Shown: positions 10,081 to 20,615, counted from the stretch's first letter. The stretch: 64,000 nucleotides of DNA from Candidatus Heimdallarchaeota archaeon (GCA_020353515.1 CP070695.1:3823908-3887907), one strand, 5' to 3'. Translations and numbers: made by a program. Notes: generated from the letters alone by a model not told the origin.

Positions 10081-13047
10081 ATGCTAAAGAGCGTTTTCGA
10101 TCCAAAATCTATTGAGAGGGATTTAAAACCTAGGATCCAAGGGGATATTGCCATTGATGACATCAGTCGTAATTTCTTCAGCACTGATGCAAGTGTATAT
10201 AGGATTGTGCCTTCCTGCGCCGTTTATCCCAAAAATAAAGAAGATGTGAAAACTGTAATAAAATACGCAAGTAGTAAGGGAATTCCTATCCATGCCAGAG
10301 GAGCTGGATCTGGATTAACGGGCTCAAGTCTAGGACCAGGAATTGTACTCGCTTTTAGAAGATATATGAACCAGATTATCGAGATAAACGAAGATGAGGC
10401 ATATACGATTGTGCAACCTGGAGTCATCTGTGGGAATTTGAACCACGAACTAGCTAAGATAGGAAAGATTGTCTACGTCGATAATTCATCTGAAAATTAT
10501 GCCTCTATTGGAGGAATGATAGGAACAAACTCATCAGGGGCACATGCAGCAAAGTACGGATATATGGCTGATTTTGTTGAAGAACTAACGGTTATTTTAA
10601 GTAATGGTGAAGAAATCAAGACTTATCCCATCGAAATTGATTCTGAAGAATATAATAGCAAAGTTACAGCGGATACATTAGAAGGAAATCTTTACAAATC
10701 AGTAGTAGACATGATTAACAATCCAGAGATTCAAGGTCTTATTTCAGAAAAATGGCCCAAGGTTAAAATGAATGTTAGTGGCTATAACATAAGAGATATG
10801 GTAAAAGACAATATGGTTGACTTATCAAAAGCATTTTTGGGGTCTGAAGCAACTTTAGGAGTTGTTGTAGAGGCTAAACTTAAATATATTGACAAACCAA
10901 TAGACAAAACCTTAGTAGTCATGGATTTCGACTCTCTTGCTAATTCAGGAAGAGCTGTAGACTTAATGGTAAATCAGATAGGAGTTGCTGCTATTGAAAT
11001 GCTTGGCAAGGGTGTTATTGAATTTGGTATCGAAATGAACCCCGATTTGAAACAATTTATCCCCAAAATTGTTGATAATATCCTTTACATTGAATTCGAC
11101 GAACAAGATCCGAAAATCCGATCTGAAAAAGTCGAAAAAACGAGAAAATTAATTATTGAGCAAGAAAAATTAGCCACAGATATGAGATTTTCTGATGATC
11201 CAGTTGAACAAACAAACCTTTGGAAAGTTAGAAAAGATGCAGTACCTTTACTTCAGAAAGTTCGTGAACCTCGTCGTATTATGGCATTCGTAGAAGATCA
11301 AACAGTTCCCTTAGAACATTTAGGGCATTATATGACAAAGTTAAGAGAGGAAGTATTTCCTAAACATGGAATACGAGCAGCAATCTATGGACATGCATCG
11401 AAAGGACTTGTTCACACACGACCATTTGTTAATACAAAGGATCCAAAGGACTTACAAATTATAAAGGATGTCGCGGATGAAATCAATTCCTATGTTATCA
11501 GTATAGGAGGAGCTGTCTCTGGTGAACACAATGATGGCCTTGATCGTGTAAATTTCATTATAGATATGTATGGGGAAGACCTGTACGAAGTATTCAGGAA
11601 ATTAAAAGCACAATTTGATCCAAATGGAATTTTAAATCCTGGGAAAAAGATTACAGATGAACAAGACCTAATAATAAAGAACTTACGCTTTGGTGCTGAG
11701 TATTCAACTTTAGATATGGACACAAATCTCGTTTGGGATGATAAGTGGGGATTTACAGACGTTATTGAATCCTGTCACGGTTGTGGAAAATGTACTGTAG
11801 AATTGATTCCCCAAAGAGATTGTCCAATTTATAGAGCAAAAAGAGCAAGTACAGGAGAACTAGCCTCACCAAGGGCTCGAGCAAATTTAATGCGTGGTAT
11901 TATCTCTGGACAGTTAGATTACAAGATATTCCACTCAAAAGAAGCCAGAGAGGTATTAGAAGACTGTGCAGGATGCATGATGTGCATTGTCGACTGTCCC
12001 TCTTCAGTAAACATACCCAAAGCAATGTTTGACGCAAAAATCATGCACTATAAAAAATCAAAGTGGCCTTTTATCGGAAAAATTCCGAGAGGGCATTATT
12101 TCGCAGGTAACTATGAACTTATCGCTCGATTAGGAAGTACATTCGCGCCTCTATCAAATATAGGGTTGTGGGGACCAAACAAGTACATGATGCAACTCTT
12201 TGGAGGGGTTCACCACAAGGCAAACTTCCCAAAGTTTCGTAGAAAAACTTTCCAAAAATGGTTCAAGAATTATCGTAAATCAAACCCACCTCCCAGTAAT
12301 CCTACAAAGAAAGTAGCAATTTTCCATGGTTGTTTTGCTAACTACACCGAAAATACAGATATTGCTATTGCAGAAGTCCAAGTTCTGGAAAAAAATAACA
12401 TCGAAGTAGTTGTTCCTGATAAACAATATTGCTGTGGAATTCCACTTCTCTCTAATGGTCTCGGTCATGTGGCGATTAAGAAAGGTGAGAAAAACGCAAA
12501 AATTTTTGCAGAATATGTAAAGCAAGGATACGATGTTGTAACCCAATGTAGTTCCTGTTTCGCCACACTTAAGGATGAATTACACGATACACTAGTTGGG
12601 AACGATGACTCGAAGGTAGTCAAAGATAAAACCTATTTCTTCTCTGATTATATCCTAAAACTTAAAGAAGAGGGAAATTTAAACACTGATTTCAATGGTT
12701 CAACAGGAAAGAAACTTCGTTTTGGCTACCACGAACCATGTCATCTTCTTAGTACTGGTAGTAAAGGAATATCTGTAAATTTACTAAAAAATGTAGATAG
12801 TATAGACCTAATCCCTCTTAAAACTGAATGTTGTGGTCAGCTAGGATCTTGGGCTTTTAAATCAAAGAATTACAAGTATGGGCAAATCATTGCTGAAAGA
12901 AGTTTATACCCAGAGGCAAAGAGAGAGGATATTGATGTTCTCGTCACTGATTGTCCTACATGTAAACTCCAGCTCCTAAATGTTGATAAAGAGATCTATC
13001 ACCCCACCCAAGTTCTTCGAGACGCTTATGGTTTAGAAAAACCTTAA
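10081..13047 (+). CDS. FAD-linked D-2-hydroxyacid oxidoreductase fused to 2x[4Fe-4S] and two CCG domains (GlcD-GlcF/YdiJ-like)
   Basis: ARGAGSGLTG, SGEHNDG, NPGK, CHGCGKC...CP, CAGCMMC-x3-CP, two CCG motifs, CPTC. Confidence 0.9.
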   Translation: MLKSVFDPKSIERDLKPRIQGDIAIDDISRNFFSTDASVYRIVPSCAVYPKNKEDVKTVIKYASSKGIPIHARGAGSGLTGSSLGPGIVLAFRRYMNQIIEINEDEAYTIVQPGVICGNLNHELAKIGKIVYVDNSSENYASIGGMIGTNSSGAHAAKYGYMADFVEELTVILSNGEEIKTYPIEIDSEEYNSKVTADTLEGNLYKSVVDMINNPEIQGLISEKWPKVKMNVSGYNIRDMVKDNMVDLSKAFLGSEATLGVVVEAKLKYIDKPIDKTLVVMDFDSLANSGRAVDLMVNQIGVAAIEMLGKGVIEFGIEMNPDLKQFIPKIVDNILYIEFDEQDPKIRSEKVEKTRKLIIEQEKLATDMRFSDDPVEQTNLWKVRKDAVPLLQKVREPRRIMAFVEDQTVPLEHLGHYMTKLREEVFPKHGIRAAIYGHASKGLVHTRPFVNTKDPKDLQIIKDVADEINSYVISIGGAVSGEHNDGLDRVNFIIDMYGEDLYEVFRKLKAQFDPNGILNPGKKITDEQDLIIKNLRFGAEYSTLDMDTNLVWDDKWGFTDVIESCHGCGKCTVELIPQRDCPIYRAKRASTGELASPRARANLMRGIISGQLDYKIFHSKEAREVLEDCAGCMMCIVDCPSSVNIPKAMFDAKIMHYKKSKWPFIGKIPRGHYFAGNYELIARLGSTFAPLSNIGLWGPNKYMMQLFGGVHHKANFPKFRRKTFQKWFKNYRKSNPPPSNPTKKVAIFHGCFANYTENTDIAIAEVQVLEKNNIEVVVPDKQYCCGIPLLSNGLGHVAIKKGEKNAKIFAEYVKQGYDVVTQCSSCFATLKDELHDTLVGNDDSKVVKDKTYFFSDYILKLKEEGNLNTDFNGSTGKKLRFGYHEPCHLLSTGSKGISVNLLKNVDSIDLIPLKTECCGQLGSWAFKSKNYKYGQIIAERSLYPEAKREDIDVLVTDCPTCKLQLLNVDKEIYHPTQVLRDAYGLEKP

Positions 13048-13070
13048 ATTCTTATTAAACCGTAAATGTA

Positions 13071-13110
13071 AGAGATTTGATTGACAATTCATCTCTCTTC
13101 CTTTTTTATT
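13071..13110 (+). terminator. Putative intrinsic terminator
   Basis: AGAGAT...ATCTCT stem followed by a pyrimidine tract ending CCTTTTTTATT just after the stop at 13047. Confidence 0.45.
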
Positions 13111-13135
13111 AATATCCCTGAATATATTACAGACA

Positions 13136-13565
13136 ATGTTTGATGAGAGACGGATTGATGCAGAAACCAGAAAAGGAAAGTTTAACAGTGTTTTTTGCCG
13201 AAAATTATATACAGATAAATCTGCGTTTGTTTTGATGAATTTTACTGGAAAGCTAATTGATTTATTTACCCTTTCACATGAGCTCGGACATGCTCTCCAT
13301 GCATACCTTGAAACAAGAAATTACGGATATTTCCTTTCAAATAAGTCTGCAATCTTTGCGTTAAATTTCGTGTACAAAATTGATGGAAACTAATCGTGAG
13401 GGAGGGACCCGAAAATTTAAGCATCTTATGGGAGCAGGAATGTCTTCTATGAAAGAAAAAGGTAGATTTCTGGGAATTGATTTTGATGATCCAACTTGCT
13501 GGGATAAAAGCCTTCAGGAATATAAGAAATATCTTGATGAATATGAAAAATTAATTAATTCATAA
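13136..13565 (+). pseudogene. pepF: Oligoendopeptidase F (M3B) remnant, truncated, internally deleted and frameshifted
   Basis: First piece has RIDAETRKGK...VLMNFTG...TLSHELGHALH (HExxH). The second frame has the PepF C-terminus (GAG...GIDFDDPTCWDKSL). Only ~140 aa remain of a ~600 aa family. Confidence 0.8.
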
Positions 13566-15317
13566 CAATCTCCCTAAAAAGTACCTTTCTGGATCGAAAG
13601 ATCTAAGAAAACATAACCAGTCAGCAGAAGGCGACTTAAATTGAGTTAGGGGTCTTTTTATTTGTAGATCCCAACTAATAGTATCTCTAATCTTTTTAAG
13701 AATTTGATCTTCATTTGAACCTTCTCCAATATATCCAGTTAATACAAATGTTCCATCCTCATTTTTTTCAAATAGCGCTTCTGTAGTCACACATGCAGCA
13801 ACTTTTACACCTGGTACTGTGATATAGGGTACTTTAGGAGGAAATCTTCCAGATTTAAGAGGAATGAGTACGATGATTTCATGGGCGTTTGATCCCACAT
13901 CATTGGCACCCCCAGACCCAAATAAGACAAATGAGTTAACCCTGGTTGAATTAATATTACCAAATTGATCGATTTGTCCTGCTCCAAGTATACCAAGACT
14001 CTTCGTCTTACGCAGCAATACTCCTAGGGAAGTGATAGAATCAAGAATAGCTGTTGAGGAACGAAGGTTATTAAATTCAAATATGTAAGGACTTGCTGGT
14101 TTAGGTTGATAACCATAAAAACCGACCTCTGCAAGAAGATTAATGTCTTGGCCAGCCTCACTGAGTGAATGTGCCGCTAACCATGCAGCAAGATTAGATG
14201 CTCCTTGACCAGCCAAAATCGTAGAATATTTTTCCCTTATAACACGATCCTTTATGAGCTCTGTAGCAACCCAAATCATATTCTCGACTGGTGTGGCTGG
14301 ATGGTCTGATTGAATGATGTATTTCTTCTCTGTTACAATCCATTTCCAGTATGATTCATCTAAATGTCCACAATTCGCAGCCAAGTGTTCTATTCCTATT
14401 TTTTTTAAATAAGATTCTGGATTTGTGTTATGAATCCATTCTTTTATCCAAGAAGACACGGTTTCAGGCTTTTTCGCTGCTTCACGAAAATTGATCAGAT
14501 GATCAAGATCGATATCATATCCAGTTCCCCTTGGTCCATAATGAGAACCAGGATGTCCTCCAAACGGTGACTCAATCACAAAATCTACAATTCCCCCTGG
14601 AAGTGTTTGACACTGATGAGTATTTGCTAATTTCCTAATCACATCTGTAGGTAATATTTTTTCTGTTGTTAGTATTACTTTTTCACTTGCAAAACAACCC
14701 CAGAGGTTTTCACTGTATGGTGGGAAGACAATTGCGTTTCCTAATTGATCAGCTGCCCAAACATGAATGAAGCTTATATCAGGACTAAGTTCCTCCACAA
14801 TGGTGACGTCTTGGCTAGGATTAAAAGGATTGGAAACAGTTTTAAAGAAAACTTGATTATCCAATGCCATTGTACTTCCACTGATGGATGTAGTTGGAAT
14901 GAATTGAAGACCAAGGGCACCAGCGTACAAGCGAAGGGAGATTACCATCAAAGACCACTGTTCGATCTCGAGACCATTGTCCACAGCATGTTGAAACACA
15001 GGAGAAATTCCTGGTCTTGGGTAAACATCCCCAACATAGCTTGTAATCAACTTTGATACTAAGCCTTCTGCAATTATCAATTGAATTTGACTTGCAGAGC
15101 CCAGTGAGATTACTTCAAATTGAGGATTTTTGCCGACAGATTGCCTAATAATCTCCCTAATGGATGAATAGGGTAATGCGCTAATACAAGCAAAATGAAG
15201 CTGCATCTGTTCTATTAAGGTCTCATTTAGTGCATTTGATAGGTCGGTACGTTTATCAGAATGTACTTTCTGATAAGTTTTGAGCTTAGATTCAAGATCT
15301 TGAGAAAAAGAATGCAA
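13560..15317 (-). CDS. Family I CoA-transferase, fused alpha+beta subunits (glutaconate CoA-transferase-like)
   Basis: LRLYAGALGLQFIP, HVWAADQLGN, LLAEVG, GAGQIDQFGNINST, GSGGAND; likely TTG start at 15317 after GGGTGA. Confidence 0.8.
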   Translation of the reverse strand: MHSFSQDLESKLKTYQKVHSDKRTDLSNALNETLIEQMQLHFACISALPYSSIREIIRQSVGKNPQFEVISLGSASQIQLIIAEGLVSKLITSYVGDVYPRPGISPVFQHAVDNGLEIEQWSLMVISLRLYAGALGLQFIPTTSISGSTMALDNQVFFKTVSNPFNPSQDVTIVEELSPDISFIHVWAADQLGNAIVFPPYSENLWGCFASEKVILTTEKILPTDVIRKLANTHQCQTLPGGIVDFVIESPFGGHPGSHYGPRGTGYDIDLDHLINFREAAKKPETVSSWIKEWIHNTNPESYLKKIGIEHLAANCGHLDESYWKWIVTEKKYIIQSDHPATPVENMIWVATELIKDRVIREKYSTILAGQGASNLAAWLAAHSLSEAGQDINLLAEVGFYGYQPKPASPYIFEFNNLRSSTAILDSITSLGVLLRKTKSLGILGAGQIDQFGNINSTRVNSFVLFGSGGANDVGSNAHEIIVLIPLKSGRFPPKVPYITVPGVKVAACVTTEALFEKNEDGTFVLTGYIGEGSNEDQILKKIRDTISWDLQIKRPLTQFKSPSADWLCFLRSFDPERYFLGRLL

Positions 15318-15453
15318 AAAAATCACCCAAAATTGTTTTGACTGGTGTCTTTCAACATGGTCTTTATAAATTGTGAGGAGTATTATCACGATATTTGGTA
15401 GAGATAAATAATCAGCTTTGAGGTTGAAACGTGGATTTGTCACCAGGTGGTGA

Positions 15454-15936
15454 ATGGTGAAGTATCAAGAAATTGTGGATCCGATCCTGTTTAGACAGCA
15501 TATTAAACTTAACTATGCTGATGTAGTTTGGAATGCCTACATTCACAAAGAAAAAGTCGAACAACTACTTAACAAGGAGCTCGTCGGATCCTTAAACTCA
15601 TTAGTCCAGCTTTTTCTGCAGTATGTTGTAAAAGAGTGGGCTTGTCCTAAATGTTTACAAGTCATACTTCCATTTATGAAGAATTGTTATCGGGAGCTCC
15701 CAGAACGGGGAGATATTGTCTATGTTTCCTCTTCTTCTCTTTTAAGTAACTTTCCTGTATTATCGTGTCCGCATTGTGAAACACAAATTGTTGTGATAGC
15801 CACAAGTGAGCATAGTGATATTTTTGAATTTCGTTATCAATTTATCAAGGGGGAATTTTTTGATCTAATTGAGCAACGAGCTCTAACAGATTCTGAAATA
15901 TCAGAACTTGGCTTAACAAAAAAAGATCAACAGTAG
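15454..15936 (+). CDS. Hypothetical protein with two CxxC pairs (possible Zn ribbon)
   Basis: CPKC and CPHC; GGTGGTGA upstream. Confidence 0.6.
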   Translation: MVKYQEIVDPILFRQHIKLNYADVVWNAYIHKEKVEQLLNKELVGSLNSLVQLFLQYVVKEWACPKCLQVILPFMKNCYRELPERGDIVYVSSSSLLSNFPVLSCPHCETQIVVIATSEHSDIFEFRYQFIKGEFFDLIEQRALTDSEISELGLTKKDQQ

Positions 15937-15964
15937 TGGATAGACAAAAATTAAGAACACTTAG

Positions 15965-16805
15965 AATAAAAATACCAACGCAAAATCAAAGGAGGAAGAG
16001 GAGAAAACGGTTCAAATTGTTATTTCTAATCCATTTTCCCTTACACCTTCTTTCAATTGGGTGAATCTTATTATTGCCCTTTTGTTTATAGGTCTAGCTC
16101 TAATTGCAGTAATAGGGTCAGTTATTTTTTGGAAAAAAGGATTTTTGTTCAAAAAACCTTCTGTAACCATAGAGACTTTCACTTCTCCCAGTCCCAGCAC
16201 AGATAGCAAGCAAGCAAGCAACACCTAGTGTACCTACTACTATACCAAGTGCATCAGTGACTATGGATTCAGAATCACTTCAAGATCTACTTAGGGGTCG
16301 AGCTATTGCGATTGATACTCTTACCTCTGAGTTCAGTTGTAGTCAGTTAGAACTCCCCCAGATGATAAAAAACGCGATTGGTGATTCTATAAGAGGACGT
16401 AATCTTGTGATGAAAACAGGTCTATTTCTCATGGAAAATTGTCCACCTAATAAAACAAACTGCCAAATCTGTATAAGAGAGTTCGAAGGAGAGACCTATT
16501 TCCAATGCGAAGACTGTCGGAGGCATGTATGCACCCCTCACTACGTTGATCTGAAAACTGTCGGTTCTACTAATTGTCCAAATTGTGGTGGAACCCTGAT
16601 GTCTTTCCCATTCAGCTGTGAAGGGTATGGTTTAGATTTTAGTAATGTGATTGAATTACCACAGGAAACTACTCGATGTCCTCTCTGTAGCTACTCTTTA
16701 CCCTCTCAAACTGATTTAATAGAAGGAAGAACAAGTGCAATTACTTTTTCTACTCGAATTGAACCATCAGGAGTGGATTTTGAGTCCGAGAAGAAAGGAA
16801 AATAA
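15965..16805 (+). pseudogene. Frameshifted gene: single TM helix + P/S/T linker + RING-like/Zn-ribbon cytoplasmic domain
   Basis: The frame 15965-16228 encodes WVNLIIALLFIGLALIAVIGSVIFWKKG. Deleting one AGCA unit of the repeat at 16205-16220 joins it in frame to ORF 16257-16805 (CQIC-x11-CEDC-x4-CTPH-x11-CPNC; CEGY...CPLC). Confidence 0.7.
16205..16220 (+). repeat. (AGCA)4 tetranucleotide microsatellite at the frameshift point
   Basis: agat-AGCA-AGCA-AGCA-AGCA-acacct read directly from the sequence. Confidence 0.9.
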
Positions 16806-16833
16806 ATATGGTCTCTATGGAGACCGAATTGAT

Positions 16834-17700
16834 CTAGAGGTAATTTTTGACTGCTTCAGGGATTTCCCAGGGCGTCTCGGTGACTTTAGCACCGACTGCC
16901 TCTAAAGCGTCAATTTTTCCTTGAGCAGTCCCGACATTTCCAGAGATGATGGCGCCAGCGTGACCCATACGTTTTCCTTCAGGTGCACTCTTACCTGCTA
17001 TGTAAGCGACAACAGGTTTGTCAACCTTTTGATCTTTGATATACTGTGCCACTTTCTCTTCGTCATCACCACCGATTTCCCCAATTAATACGATTACTCG
17101 TGTCCCAAGATCCTTAACATAATAATCAAAAGCTTCAGTTAATGTTTTTCCTCGAACTGGATCTCCACCAATTCCAATATATGCGGAAACTCCAACATCG
17201 GCATTACCAAGAGCTTTTGTGATTTCATATGACAAAGTACCACTTTTTGCGATAACAGCTACATCTCCAAAATGAGCCATATCACCAGGCATGATACCTA
17301 ATTTAATTTTATCTGGGATTAACATTCCTGGAGTATTCGGGCCAATTAGGTTTAATTTTCTTGTCTTCGCAATCTCCACAAGACGAACCATATCAAAAAC
17401 AGGGACTCCCTCAGTAATGATACATGTCATATTGACTCCTGCATCTAGACTTTCCATAACAGCGCCATAGGTGAAACGAGCTGGAACAAAAATGATGCTT
17501 GTATCCACTTCCTGTTCGTCGACTGCTTCTTGGACAGTATTGTACACAGGAACTCCAAGTACTTCTTGCCCACCCTTTTTAGGAGTTACTCCTGCAACAA
17601 CGTTGGTCCCATATTCAAGCATCAATTGGGAATGGAACCTTCCTTGATTACCAGTAATGCCTTGAACAACAACTTTCGAATCTTCACTAATGTACATCAT
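16834..17700 (-). CDS. sucD: Succinyl-CoA synthetase alpha subunit
   Basis: [41 protein letters not shown] (phospho-His). Confidence 0.95.
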   Translation of the reverse strand: MMYISEDSKVVVQGITGNQGRFHSQLMLEYGTNVVAGVTPKKGGQEVLGVPVYNTVQEAVDEQEVDTSIIFVPARFTYGAVMESLDAGVNMTCIITEGVPVFDMVRLVEIAKTRKLNLIGPNTPGMLIPDKIKLGIMPGDMAHFGDVAVIAKSGTLSYEITKALGNADVGVSAYIGIGGDPVRGKTLTEAFDYYVKDLGTRVIVLIGEIGGDDEEKVAQYIKDQKVDKPVVAYIAGKSAPEGKRMGHAGAIISGNVGTAQGKIDALEAVGAKVTETPWEIPEAVKNYL

Positions 17701-17709
17701 ATCACCTTC

Positions 17710-18831
17710 TTATGTCATAACCTCTTTAAGCTTAGCAACGGCATCCATCATATCTTGATAGGCATTAACCCCAGCATTATTGAGTATGGCGATACCTTCA
17801 GCCTCTCGTGTTCCAGTTAATCGAATTACCATAGGTGGAGCATCTGGGAACTCTTCCATGGTCTGTAAGATAGCCTCTGCCACAACATCACACCGTGTAA
17901 TGCCACCATATATGTTAATTAAGACAGCTCTTGGATTCATCGTATAGATAAGTTTAAGGGCTTCATATACACGTTCCTTGCTGGCTCCTCCACCAACATC
18001 TAGGAAATTCATTCCTGCCAAACCATGTTGAGCTAGAACGTCAAGTAATGCCATCGTTAGCCCTGCTCCATTTGCTAAAATCCCAATTTCGCCGTCGAGT
18101 TCGACAAAAGAAAATCCCACTCTTTGGGCTGTTTTTTCTAACTCCGTAAGCTTATGTTTTCGCAATTCCACTATTAGCTCTTGACGAAACGCAGCGTTGT
18201 CATCTAGAGTCATTTTTCCATCAACAGCGACCACTCCTGAAGGAGTGAGTACCAAGGGATTGATTTCAACCAGCTGGGCTTCTCTCTCGATTGTAATTTG
18301 CCATAATTTCAGGAAAAGGTCTGTGGCGGAATCAAGAAATGCACCTGAAAAACCTAATCTTTCAGCAACACTTTTAGCTACTTCTTTGCCTAATCCTTTA
18401 GCTATAGATATATTTTCTTTGATTATTGCCTCTGGGCGAGTAGCAGCAACCTCCTCAATGTCAATTCCCCCTTCTGCACTCGCAATAAGGACAAAACGCC
18501 GCCCAGATGAATCTAGTGCAATGGAACAATAATATTCATGTTTAATATCAGCCAAGCCTTCTATAAGGATCGCTTCGACTCCATATTCACCAACTTTCCT
18601 GCTGAAAAACTCTTCACACATAGCAAGAGCTTCATCTCTTGTTTGAGCAATTTTGATGAGTCCCCTCTTCTTTCGGCTTCCAACAGCTATTTGACTTTTT
18701 ACTATGGCAGGAAAGGCAAATTGATCGATTTTTTCCTTAATATTCTCCCCTTTTGTGATTACAAGACGATCAGCAAGGGGTATATCAAACTCATTAAAAA
18801 TTTCTTTACTTTCATATTCGAGAAGACGAAT
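17710..18831 (-). CDS. sucC: Succinyl-CoA synthetase beta subunit (probable ATT start)
   Basis: RLLEYESKEIF, EGGIDIEE, EINPL, NGAGL, NFLDVGGG, GGITRCD; GGAGGT lies 7 nt upstream of ATT at 18831. Confidence 0.92.
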   Translation of the reverse strand: MRLLEYESKEIFNEFDIPLADRLVITKGENIKEKIDQFAFPAIVKSQIAVGSRKKRGLIKIAQTRDEALAMCEEFFSRKVGEYGVEAILIEGLADIKHEYYCSIALDSSGRRFVLIASAEGGIDIEEVAATRPEAIIKENISIAKGLGKEVAKSVAERLGFSGAFLDSATDLFLKLWQITIEREAQLVEINPLVLTPSGVVAVDGKMTLDDNAAFRQELIVELRKHKLTELEKTAQRVGFSFVELDGEIGILANGAGLTMALLDVLAQHGLAGMNFLDVGGGASKERVYEALKLIYTMNPRAVLINIYGGITRCDVVAEAILQTMEEFPDAPPMVIRLTGTREAEGIAILNNAGVNAYQDMMDAVAKLKEVMT

Positions 18832-18918
18832 TGTGTAAACCTCCAAATAAATTGTAATTTAAAAATAAAAGGGTTGATAGGGAATTTTTCGCACTCTAAT
18901 TTCCTATTTTGTGCTTAA

Positions 18919-19524
18919 TTAAAAGGTAATACCTAAAAATTCACCTATTTTACCTAATTTTCCTTGAGCTTTTAGAGCTACATCTTTAAACAGACTCTCA
19001 CCGTTAGAATCGATTCCTACGATCAAAGGTCCGAATTTATCTACTTCTAACACCCAAAGACATTCCGGAGTACCTAAATCTAACCAATGAACCTCTTTAA
19101 CACGTTTTATCCCTTTTGCAGCAACTACTGCGGCACCACCAACGAAGGCGGTATATATTGCTTTATATTCCTTCATAGCTTTCGCTGTTCTATCTCCCAT
19201 GCCACCCTTACCAATAACAACATTAACATTAAATGTTTTAATGAATTCATCTTCAAAAAGATCCATACGTGTTGAGGTTGTAGGTCCTGCGGCAACAATT
19301 TCCCATTCATCCCCTACTTGTCTAACTACTGGTCCACAATGATAAACAGCTAATCCCTCGAAATCAATAGGCATTTTTTCACCTTTTCCTGCAAGATGCA
19401 ATGCTCTCTCATGAGCTTCATCTCTAGCAGTGAAAATTGTTCCCGATACGTATATCACATCGCCTATCTTAACTTTTTGTACATCTTCTTTTGAAATTGG
19501 AGTTGTAAAATGAAATTCCGCCAT
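18919..19524 (-). CDS. Fe-S fumarate hydratase (class I), beta subunit
   Basis: TARDEAH, YHCGPV, GPTTSTRM, IGKGGM. Confidence 0.92.
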   Translation of the reverse strand: MAEFHFTTPISKEDVQKVKIGDVIYVSGTIFTARDEAHERALHLAGKGEKMPIDFEGLAVYHCGPVVRQVGDEWEIVAAGPTTSTRMDLFEDEFIKTFNVNVVIGKGGMGDRTAKAMKEYKAIYTAFVGGAAVVAAKGIKRVKEVHWLDLGTPECLWVLEVDKFGPLIVGIDSNGESLFKDVALKAQGKLGKIGEFLGITF

Positions 19525-19526
19525 AT

Positions 19527-20423
19527 TTATTCCTCCTTATGTGTGAGAAACTCAACTCGTTTGTCAGGATAAATACGAGCTGTTGCTCTTCTTGCAGCCC
19601 AGCACTGAATAGCTACTGCAGCAGGTAATGAGGCTGGATGACGATGAGCATATTCGATTTTTACGTCTAAAGCTGTAGAGAAATCTCCACCTAATCCCAT
19701 AGATCCAATGCCTGTCATATTTATTGCTTTTAGTAGATCCTCTTCAAGTTTAGCTATCTCTGGATCAGAATGTCTTTCTCCAAGTGGGCGTAGTAATTGT
19801 TTTTTCCCGAGTTTTAGTGCAATGTCTGCACCACCACCAATACCAACACCCACGACCACAGGTGGACAAGGTTGGCCCCCTGCATTCATAATGGTGTCAA
19901 TAACGAATTTTTTTACCCCATTAATACCTTGGCCTGGTTTAAGCATTCCCAAGGCACACATATTCTCTGATCCACCACCCTTGGGAAAAGCAGTAATTTC
20001 CAAGTAATCTGCTCCAGGAATGAAATCATAATTTATGAATGGAATATGATTTCCCGTATTATCTCCTGAATTACCGCCAACAATAGGATTAACAGCGTTT
20101 GGTCTTAAAGGAACCTCCTTGGTTGCTCGAGCTGAAGCTTTTCTAAGCATTCCTTCAATTCCAGCAACTTTGGGAAAATTCTCACCAATATTTACATAAT
20201 AGATATGGATCCCTGTATCTTGACACATTGGGGTAGATGTCTCATCTGCAATGGTAAAGTTATCCACAATTGTTTTTAACGCAGCTTTACTTGTTGGTTG
20301 TGTTTCCTGTTTATACATGGTTTTTAATCCTTCGGAAACATCATTAGGTAGCTGTGTCGCAGCAAACCTGAGTAATTTTACAGCTGTATCTTCAATTATT
20401 GTGTTATCAAACGTTTCTGCCAT
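19527..20423 (-). CDS. Fe-S fumarate hydratase (class I), alpha subunit
   Basis: PMCQDTG, PLRPNAV, KGGGSEN, PCPP, HPASLP, IQCWAAR; start moved to ATG 20423. Confidence 0.92.
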   Translation of the reverse strand: MAETFDNTIIEDTAVKLLRFAATQLPNDVSEGLKTMYKQETQPTSKAALKTIVDNFTIADETSTPMCQDTGIHIYYVNIGENFPKVAGIEGMLRKASARATKEVPLRPNAVNPIVGGNSGDNTGNHIPFINYDFIPGADYLEITAFPKGGGSENMCALGMLKPGQGINGVKKFVIDTIMNAGGQPCPPVVVGVGIGGGADIALKLGKKQLLRPLGERHSDPEIAKLEEDLLKAINMTGIGSMGLGGDFSTALDVKIEYAHRHPASLPAAVAIQCWAARRATARIYPDKRVEFLTHKEE

Positions 20424-20553
20424 ACTTATCACAATTCTCAAGTAATTAGTATATGAAAAACTGATAAAATGATTTTTTTTGTCATAATAAAAATTCTATC
20501 ACTTATAACTTATGAATACAATGTAGCCTTTAGAATCAACTAATTTTAATTTG

Positions 20554-20596
20554 AAATAAAAGGGAGAGTGGGATGATGGCAACCAATTTTGCCATC
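20554..20596 (-). terminator. Putative terminator after sdhB
   Basis: Perfect 8-bp stem GATGGCAA/TTGCCATC, then CCCTTTTATTT on the minus strand. Confidence 0.55.
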
Positions 20597-20615
20597 CTTG
20601 AAGCTAGGAACTAGG

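Noticed and set aside
16012-16224. 70-aa minus-strand ORF in the track
   Set aside because: It is the antisense shadow of the plus-strand TM-encoding frame, which has a far more coherent protein signature.
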